DNA of 63,034 nucleotides, counting the filler, from Hyphochytrium catenoides (taxonomy: Eukaryota; Protista; Hyphochytriomycota): the NCBI GenBank assembly GCA_900088475.1. It is 7 parts of 7 records of this genome, joined end to end, with 100 filler letters (N's around TTAATTAATTAA, not from the genome) between each part and the next. Parts side by side here need not be neighbours in the genome. Positions count along the whole stretch, not along the records: positions 54,098 to 55,347 come from FLMG01001542.1; positions 55,448 to 58,517 come from FLMG01003478.1; positions 58,618 to 60,303 come from FLMG01001632.1; positions 60,404 to 63,034 come from FLMG01001821.1; 3 more parts are not named here. One strand, given 5' to 3'. Below are positions 55,194 through 63,034 of the stretch, in pieces. The notes beneath the pieces were generated by a model, which saw only the letters and a list, made by a program, of their open reading frames with translations, was not told the DNA's origin and searched no databases. Made by a program: the position numbers and the translations under genes. Every line of letters begins with the position of its first letter. Position 1 is the stretch's first letter.

Positions 55194-56249
55194 GCATGGT
55201 TGGCCCTAACCAATCAGGAAACAGTCATTGGATCAGGCGCTGGTTCTGCGAAGTTGACTACCGTCATGCAGGCGGCAACGTCTGGCGCAGACAATAAGCA
55301 ATTGTCCCAGAGGTTGAGAAGATGGAGCAAGAAGTTCTTTTGGAGACNNNNNNNNNNNNNNNNNNNNNNNNNNNNNNNNNNNNNNNNNNNNTTAATTAAT
55401 TAANNNNNNNNNNNNNNNNNNNNNNNNNNNNNNNNNNNNNNNNNNNNAGTCCATTTTTCTCCAAAAGTAGAGGGGATACGCGAGTTTTGATTGCAGAATC
55501 GTAATCTCCGTAAAAAACTGGGTATTCCGGTAACTTTTGACAATCTTTTTGACAGAATGTCAAAAATGGTGCTCCAAATGGTGTCAAATAAGGTATATTT
55601 CACACCTCAGCCTGATATAATTGACACGATTCTGTGAATTAAGAGCTTTGGCTGTCAATTCAGAAGAAGTGTCAAATATGGTCAATACTGTCAATTATCC
55701 TGTCAAATATCGAGATAATTGACAGAAAGTTGGCGATAATTGACACAAAGCTGGTAAATTCACTCGTTGAGTGTGAATTCACAACTGGGGATGGTAGCGG
55801 CAATGGTCTTCGGGTTCCGATCCTGGAGGAGAGTTGGAGGAGAGTTGGATACTCCAGGGGTGGTCTTGTTCTTGATCCTGGAGGAGAGTTGGTTACTCCA
55901 GGGGGTGGTCTTGTTCTTGTTCTTGGTTTGGTTGGTCCAGAGAGCTCGCTGAAGTCCTGGAGGAAGCTTGGGCCGATAACCTGCTATAATGTATGGGATT
56001 TGAAGACACTCTTATTTAGGTTACGTGGTCTACTGATATACTCGAAGTGAGTATGAAGAGCTTATGGGACCCTGTTTCCTAGTTATCACGTTGTCTAGTC
56101 CTTCTGGAGAGTAACTGTGTCTCGTATAAACTACTAGACCCAGTTACCACTTCTTGACGTCATATGATGACTTACCTGATGATAATAACCTAGTAATCAT
56201 AACTCTGAAACACTTTGTTTTGTGCCTTCTTCCTCTTGTCAGGTAAGGG

Positions 56250-58517
56250 TAAGGGTACCAATTCTGAGCTGGGTACCAATTGCGAAACACTGGATGTTGC
56301 ATAAGCTCATTCTTACCCATAGAACTACGGTACTAACCGTTGATTGACGCGGTGAGTATGAAATCGAAGCGATTCGTCCGTTATCATCGTCGTTCTGATC
56401 TTCCCGCTGCTCTTTCGTACTCTCCTTCATCACCTTATTCCCGATGACTGATCTCCTTCCCTCGCTCCTCCCTCGTCCTGTCCTCTACCTTCTTCTCCTT
56501 CGTCGTTATTATGCAATTGATCATCTTCGTGCTTCATGAATGATTCCAGCTTTCTCCTCGTCCTCTCTTCTTCGGGGCGGCCCTTGCTTATTGTTGCTTG
56601 CCATTCACCAATATCGTCTAGTTCTTTTCGTCATCCGTCGTCACTACTTGCTTGCATCATCACCAACGAAGACCAAGCAAGAGAAGATAATGATGTTGAC
56701 CGCCAGCAAAAAAAAGTACGGTGAGAGCAACCTTCAGGCGGCGGTCGACGCTGTTCGCCAGGAGAACAAGTCTCTAAGGGAAGCAGAAAGGATATATCAT
56801 GTGCCCATGAGCACCATCAGGCGTCACGTGACAGGAGAGGTTTCCTTCGTTGGTAAGCCTCCGGGTCCAGATCCAGCTTTGTCACCAGAGGAAGAAAATG
56901 GACTTGTTGAAGGTCTCATTGATAGAGCCCGCAGGGGATTTCCGGCTACTGCTTGGCAGCTGAAAGCTTCTGTCCTCGACATCGTCGCTGATGGCAGGAA
57001 GCATCGATTCCCGAAGGATGGTCCGTCTAATAAGTGGATCAAGAATTTTCTCAAGAAGCACGGCGACAGAATTAGTCTTCGAAAGTCAAGAATTTTGGAT
57101 GCCGATCGCGTTAAAGCTGCGTCGGATGAAGAAGTTGATTACTTCTTTGCTGAGTACGAGGCCTTTTTAAAAGCACACCCTTCGCTCGATGGAGCAAAAA
57201 TATATAACTGTGATGAGACTGGCCTCGACCCGCAAGGCGGACCGGGACTGAAGGTTATTGCAAAGAAGGGCTCAAAGACGGTGAGACGCACAAGAGGTGC
57301 CACCCGAGAGAATACGACTGCGTTGTGCACTGTCAGCGGGAGTGGAAACTACATCCCCCCTCTCTTTATCTTCAAGGGTAAAAGGGTCGCAAGTAACCTC
57401 CTGGACAACGCTCCACCTGGCAGCACAGTGGCCGCAACAGAGAGTGCTTTCATCGATACTGCTCTATTTGAGAAATGGGTCGATCACTTCATCAAGTACG
57501 CCCCCTCAGCCAGGCCTGTGCTGCTCTTACTTGATAACCATAAGGCACACGTGGCACTTGGAATTAGGGAAAAGTGCGTGGCGAATGGAATTCACATCCT
57601 TTCGTTCCCACCACATCTGACTCATGTTCTACAACAACCATTAGATGCTGGGATCTTCAGAGCCTTCAAATCGCAGTGGAGGAAAGAGGTACATTTATGG
57701 GCGCTCCAATCGAGAGGGGAGTCTCTTCCTAGAGAGAGACGGGCGAATCTCTTTGACAAAGCTTTCGAGAGCTCAGTCACAAGAGAGATCACTAAAAAGT
57801 CGTGGGAGAGCACCGGAATGTGGCCGGTCAATAGACAGCGCATTAACCTTGATGATCTCAAAGAAAATACTGCTCCAACAACTTCAAAATATGCACAGTA
57901 CAATGTTCGCGTAGATCCTCTACATCCTCTACCTCTCGAGGTTCTATCTCATCGTGATAAGAGGGCGCTTGAGCGAAGTGGAGTTAACCTTAGAGGATGG
58001 AGGGCTTTCCAGCTTGAATCTAACTTGGGCGTCTTTCATTCATCAGATAAAAAGAAGCAAAATAAGAACAGGAGGAAGATTCTTGTGGATCAATCACCAA
58101 AGAGGCTACTCACCCATGACCTTCTAGTCGTCGAGGAAAGACGAAGAGTCAACGCAGATAATGAGAAGCAAGAGAGGCGTAAGATGGCAAGGGAAGATGC
58201 CCTGGTTAAACGGTTGCTTCGAGAAGAGAGAAGCCTGGCACGTATCAGGAAGGGCTCAAGTAGGTTGTCCCGTAATGGTCAAGACTCCAAGACGAAGAAG
58301 CGTAAGAGGAATGGAGAAGAAGGAGGAAAAGACGACCAAGGTAAGTGTGCCACCAATTATTGCTTTGATAGCTGCCCTTTTTTTCTAATCACTTACCTTA
58401 TACGTCACACTGATCTTCCTGGTTGATGTACACTGCGCAGAAGACGACCCCACAATCTCAAGAAGCCAAAAAAGAGAACAATTACCTGCAGTACCTGCCG
58501 TCAAACCGGACACAACC
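56250..58517 (+). mobile_element. pogo/Fot1-like DNA transposon, left end and transposase (right end cut by contig break)
   Basis: A TA followed by the repeated GGGTACCAATT (56253, 56271) is a candidate left terminus. An intact transposase ORF lies downstream. Confidence 0.75.
56690..58426 (+). CDS. pogo/Tigger-family transposase (HTH_psq, CENP-B-type HTH, DDE_1)
   Basis: SLREAERIYHVPMSTIRR; LSPEEENGLV..RARRGFP; GPSNKWIKNFLKKH; catalytic motifs IYNCDETG, LLLLDNHKAH, QPLDAGIF. Confidence 0.95.
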   Translation: MMLTASKKKYGESNLQAAVDAVRQENKSLREAERIYHVPMSTIRRHVTGEVSFVGKPPGPDPALSPEEENGLVEGLIDRARRGFPATAWQLKASVLDIVADGRKHRFPKDGPSNKWIKNFLKKHGDRISLRKSRILDADRVKAASDEEVDYFFAEYEAFLKAHPSLDGAKIYNCDETGLDPQGGPGLKVIAKKGSKTVRRTRGATRENTTALCTVSGSGNYIPPLFIFKGKRVASNLLDNAPPGSTVAATESAFIDTALFEKWVDHFIKYAPSARPVLLLLDNHKAHVALGIREKCVANGIHILSFPPHLTHVLQQPLDAGIFRAFKSQWRKEVHLWALQSRGESLPRERRANLFDKAFESSVTREITKKSWESTGMWPVNRQRINLDDLKENTAPTTSKYAQYNVRVDPLHPLPLEVLSHRDKRALERSGVNLRGWRAFQLESNLGVFHSSDKKKQNKNRRKILVDQSPKRLLTHDLLVVEERRRVNADNEKQERRKMAREDALVKRLLREERSLARIRKGSSRLSRNGQDSKTKKRKRNGEEGGKDDQGKCATNYCFDSCPFFLITYLIRHTDLPG

Positions 58518-58617
58518 NNNNNNNNNNNNNNNNNNNNNNNNNNNNNNNNNNNNNNNNNNNNTTAATTAATTAANNNNNNNNNNNNNNNNNNNNNNNNNNN
58601 NNNNNNNNNNNNNNNNN

Positions 58618-60303
58618 CCAGAGGATGGCTATCCTATCGAGGACAGAGGCTTCAGGCGGCCAGTACGGTAAGGATCGGATGTGTTTCTGTGAGTGAACCG
58701 AGGTTTCCTGCCAAAGCTAACTTCCTATCCCAGTGGGGATCCCAGGCATTTGGATTATAAATAAACCGCAGTAGCTCAGGAAGGCATTGCATCTAGTTCA
58801 AATTCACCAATATCCACAGGCAGCCTCAACTTGGACAGAAGAATATGTATATCCGGACCTGCAGTTTGAAGGTATTACTCTTATTTGTCGCTTGTTATCG
58901 CGGTTGATGGATGGCACCACCTAGACACGTCACCTTTGCATAGGAATGATGAAGTTTGTCAAGCGTCTCACAGATATTGCTGAAGATCTCCGCCCTCTGG
59001 ATAGGGACGAACGCAAGAATGTCCTTCCAAGCAAACTTGACGAGCTAGAGGAGAAGCTCCACCAGGAAACGCTTTATTTGCCGGTCTGCCGTGGAGGCGA
59101 TCGTCTTAGAAAGGTTAGCCTCTTTGTCTCACGTTATCTGGAGCTGCATTGGTGATTCTCTTATTACGGGTCGCCAAGAGCGAGAGCAAAGTCTTTTCGA
59201 CTAGATCGAGGGCACCGACTCCAATTGCCTTCGAGGTCTTATGCACCGATGTGCCCGTATGCCGGAACTTATATTCAAGTCCTGTGAAAGAGGCATCTCC
59301 ATCTACTGACCACAGCGCTATAGAAGACCAATGTCCCGGCGCAGTCACAGTGGCAGAAGTAAGTGCCTTGTGATGATAGTTCGAAAGCCCGTAACGCTTA
59401 CCTCATCTCTCACCGCTCCTTTCTGGTCAGATTGGTATCGTCAAGACGGCAGGTCCAGCTACGGAGGGAGAGTATCCCGCGAAAGCAGAGTCAGAGGGGT
59501 CAGGTGTGAAGTTCATGATGGTCTACCTGCGCAATTCAGTGCTGACATCAATATCGCCATGTCAACTTAGCGCGGTTGCGACACGTTCTTAGTGCAATGT
59601 GGAATGGCAGTGTCGGCGACGAGAGTTCCAGCATTTACTCTGAGGAAAGTCAGGAGCTGGATAATGAAGTCCAACAAGCAGGCGCTTTGGAGAAACTTCT
59701 TGCCGGTGATGATGGGTGAGGTCATCACATATTGAGAGGATCTGCTTCAGAAGATCACTGATCTCTCTCTCAGAGTTAAGCTTAAAGAGTCCTTTCCCTC
59801 TCCCGAGAGCGAGGTGTATAGCCACCGGGAGCAGGAGGAGAATTGGGAGAGTAAGGTGGTGATTCAGAATCCATGCTACCAAACCTATCGGGACACTTAC
59901 TCATCAACCCATTCAAATAGGTTGCGAAATGCAAGGCCCAATCTCCCTACGCCCATCTTTCTGGATTGGGGGTGCAGACCATAATCGCAAAGAGCTTCGA
60001 CGATATGCGCCAGGAAGCCTTCATCCTGCAGCTGATCGAAATGTTCCAAACCATCTTCATCGAAAACAAACTCACCCTGTGGCTGAGACCCTACAGGTGG
60101 GCGGGCTTTCTGAGGAGCTCTGCTGTCCCTCCTAGAAGCGGCGGCTCACTCGTCAGACGAACGACGGTTGCTCCCTGCTATCACAGGATAGTTTGCACAG
60201 GTCCTTCTTTTGGGCTCATTGAGACGCTGGTGGACGCTTACTCACTGGATTCAATCAAGAAGCATGACCGCGATTACGGCGGCTCGAAGACCTTCTTCGA
60301 GAA
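58618..60303 (+). CDS. Phosphatidylinositol 4-kinase (type III beta-like), internal fragment
   Basis: FVKRLTDIAEDL; LYLP; ESKVFSTRSRAP..FEV; SPYAHL...IIAKSFDDMRQE..ILQLI; LWLRPY|RIVCTG...GLIETLVDAYSLDSIKK. Confidence 0.9.
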
Positions 60304-60629
60304 NNNNNNNNNNNNNNNNNNNNNNNNNNNNNNNNNNNNNNNNNNNNTTAATTAATTAANNNNNNNNNNNNNNNNNNNNNNNNNNNNNNNNNNNNNNNNN
60401 NNNTGGCCTTCTCTTCTTCGGCTCCTGTCTCGGGAAACTCTGCGTTACGTTCTCGCCTTCCACTACCATTCTCTCTCTCTCTCTCTCTCTCTCTTTTCTG
60501 TCTTCTATCCCAAAACCTTGTAAGAACTATCTCCTGACCATCTAGCCCCGTAAACTTCTTGACAAGAAAGCGCTGATGGAAACGTTTTCACCCTTCCTAT
60601 CGCTATCCTTATGCCTTTGTCCTTTATAG

Positions 60630-61380
60630 ATGCACTGGACTATAGGAGAGTTCTTTGACATGGACTCCCAGTTCACCTTTAAGATCAAGAGACAGGCCGA
60701 AGCACACTGCAAACGCGCTTCTCTCCCGTCTGCAGCCTGTAACGACTTCCAGTCTTACCTGCGACGCTTTGCTTTCCAACAGAGCCGCTGTGCCTTCCTC
60801 TACGGCCGCGCTCTGCCTAACAATGAGATAGCGGTCGAATGCCTGTATGAACCACCGCAGAATGGCTATCCAGAGGGTGAGGAGAGAACTGATGGCTCTC
60901 GCTTCCGTGTCTCTCCTCTTCTCTTCTCTGATGGAGCTCATGCTCAGTTCTCTCTCCTCTATTTCCTCCCGCACCTCTCCTGTCCGAAGATTCTCTCTGG
61001 CTGTCTGCCTGTCTTTCTCTCTCTCCCCCTTGTTATTGCTATCTCAATAGTGCTCACAAAGCATCGCCATCATTCTCTCTCTCTCTCTCTCTTGTCTTCC
61101 CTTATCTCTCTCTTTCTCTCTGGTCGACAGGCTTCGAGCTGCTGGAAGATCCTCTGGCTGGGCGGGTGGAGATTGTGACGAAAGCTCTGGGGCTGGAGAA
61201 GGTTGGTTGGATGTTCTCTCACCCGCCAAGAGAGGAAGAAGGCTTCCGCTTCACCTCTGCGGAGGTTCTGATGTCAGCGCAGTACCAACTCGAGGCGGGA
61301 GGACATGGCAGTCCCTTCGTCACNNNNNNNNNNNNNNNNNNNNNNNNNNNNNNNNNNNNNNNNNNNNNNNTCTCTCTCTC

Positions 61381-61425
<45 letters not shown>

Positions 61426-61807
61426 CTGTCTCTCTCGCTCTCCTTCTCCCTCTTCCTGGTGGTGTCTCCGTCTCAAGTCCCTCTTTTCCTCAAATCTTCA
61501 TATCGTTGTTTCTTCCATCTTTCTCTTCAATGACTGTGTGCCAATTCGACCCTCTCCCTCCTTCTTCATGTCTCATCTTTCTCATTTTCTCTTTTTTCTT
61601 TCTCTCACTCTCTCTCTCTCTCTCTTTCTCTCACTTGTAACTTACACTCCTCTGGTCTTATTTCCTTCCTCTATGGTTGTCTCTCAGTCACGCTGGACAA
61701 GGAAGGTCACGCAGCTTTTGATGCTTATCAAGTGAGTGACCAGTGCATGGAGATGACGGCCTCAGGAGCGCTGGAGGTCAATCCAGACAAGCCTCAGGAG
61801 ATCAAAG
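60630..61807 (+). CDS. NPL4: Nuclear protein localization 4 (Cdc48/p97 cofactor), internal fragment
   Basis: FQSYL...RCAFLYG...VECLYEPPQ; ALGLEKVGWMFSHP; FTSAEVLMSA..Q; SPFVT; FDAYQVSDQCMEM. Confidence 0.9.
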
Positions 61808-62023
61808 TGAATGGTCAGCGCGTGGCTCTTCTTCTTATTCACACGAACGTCCTCCCTCTTTTTCCAAGACTCTCTTCTTCCTCTCTCTCTCTCTTCCTTC
61901 TGTTTATCTCTCTCTCTCTCTCTTGCTCTCTTTTCTTCGCTCTCTCTCTGTGCCGGTCTCTGTCTCTGCATATTCTGCTTCACTCTCTACTCTTTCTCTC
62001 CTTCGCTCTCTCTNNNNNNNNNN

Positions 62024-62073
<50 letters not shown>

Positions 62074-62286
62074 CAGCTGCATAAGCCCTTCTCTACGAAA
62101 GTGTCCTTTCCTGGGCACTCTCCTGATCTTCTTTCGGTCTTCTCGGTTCTTGCTTTTACTAATGCGGACAGGAGTGAACCCACTTGCCTCTTCTTGTCTC
62201 TCTCTCATTTTGTCTCTCCCTCGGTGCCTTACTCTCTTTCTCTATACGTTCTCTGCAAAAAACCATGTTAATGTCTCATTCTCTTA

Positions 62287-62320
62287 CCCTAACTAACCCT
62301 AACCCTAACCCTAACCCTAA
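62287..62320 (-). repeat. Interstitial telomeric repeat (CCCTAA)n
   Basis: CCCTAA-CTAA-(CCCTAA)4. Confidence 0.85.
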
Positions 62321-62325
62321 GCAGG

Positions 62326-62973
62326 ACAGGCTTCCGCTCTGCAACCCCTCGAAAGATGTACAGCTAGCTACAGACCGATACCGATACAATACAGTAAACG
62401 AAGGCAGCTGTAAGCGCCCCGTGGTAGAAGGGTTGTAAGACAGGCTTCCGCTCTGCAGCCCCCTCGAGAGGTGTACAGCTAGCTCCAAGCCGCTGCTAAT
62501 ACCATAAAGTGGAGGAAGGCAGGTGTGTACAACATATACGTTGCTGCCCCGCGGTAGAAGGGTTGTAAGACAGGCTTCCGCTCTGCAACTCCTCGAAAGA
62601 TGTACCGCTAGCTACAGATCGATACCGATAGAATACAGTGGAGGGAGGCAAGTGTACATCATGTACGTTGCTGCCCGCGGTAGAAGGGTTGTAAGACAGG
62701 CTTCCGCTCTGCAACCCCTCGAAAGGTGTGCTCTCCAACCCCTCGAATGATGTGCAGCTAGCTAGAGGCCGATACCGATACAATACAGTGGAGGAAGGCA
62801 GGTGTACATCATGTACGTTGGCTGCCCCGCGGTAGAAGGGTTGTAAGACAGGCTTCCGCTCTGCAACTCCTCGAAAGATGTACAGCTAGCTACAGATCGA
62901 TACCGATAGAATACAGTAGAGGAAGGCAAGTGTACATCATGTACGTTGCTGCCCGCGGTAGAAGGGTTGTAAG
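62326..62973 (+). repeat. Tandem array of five ~126-bp units (starts 62326, 62440, 62570, 62696, 62848)
   Basis: Each unit starts ACAGGCTTCCGCTCTGCA and ends GGTAGAAGGGTTGTAAG; lengths are 114, 130, 126, 152 and 126. Confidence 0.95.
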
Positions 62974-63034
62974 TGTTGATATAGAGAACAGAGTTGAGTC
63001 TTTGGGCTGAGTAGCACAGAGATGTTCTCGTTAG

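Noticed and set aside
25500-60359. Recurrent TTAATTAATTAA palindrome as a biological motif
   Set aside because: Always embedded in N runs; it is an assembly spacer. For the same reason, gene neighbourhoods across these points were not interpreted.
62326-62973. CRISPR array, hammerhead-ribozyme array or LRR-coding repeat
   Set aside because: The variable parts are homologous to each other rather than unique spacers, and there are no cas genes. No CTGANGA core was found on either strand. Unit lengths of 130 and 152 break frame, and the LRR resemblance (LQSGSLSYN) is weak.

Overview
Eukaryotic (protist-like, possibly stramenopile; this is inference) draft-genome window. It consists of seven contigs joined by artificial N-TTAATTAATTAA-N spacers, so adjacency across spacers means nothing. 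Genes are intron-rich, use GT-AG introns and the standard code, and are full of (CT)n/(GA)n microsatellites that generate most of the spurious ORFs in the track. Host genes reconstructed by hand: an intronless secreted heme peroxidase with a 145-aa insert, a small secreted Cys-rich/cystatin-like protein, ArgJ (9 exons), SRP54 (9 visible exons), a long multi-exon gene fusing a degenerate DFR/CCR-like SDR domain to FYVE, ARM and BTB domains, TFIIF-alpha, and fragments of a DDX20-like helicase, PI4-kinase and NPL4. Mobile or repetitive DNA: a near-intact and a decayed pogo/Fot1-like transposase with a C-terminal zinc knuckle, a Ty3/gypsy RT-RNaseH relic, a decayed telomere-linked-helicase-type (recombinase-like) ORF bracketed by outward-facing TTAGGG repeats, and a ~126-bp satellite seeded by CCCTAA repeats. 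Top leads: the SDR-FYVE-ARM-BTB fusion, introns built from complementary 5'-(GA)n / 3'-(CT)n arms, and the telomere-repeat-associated elements. All assignments come from motif recognition by eye; no database searches were run.
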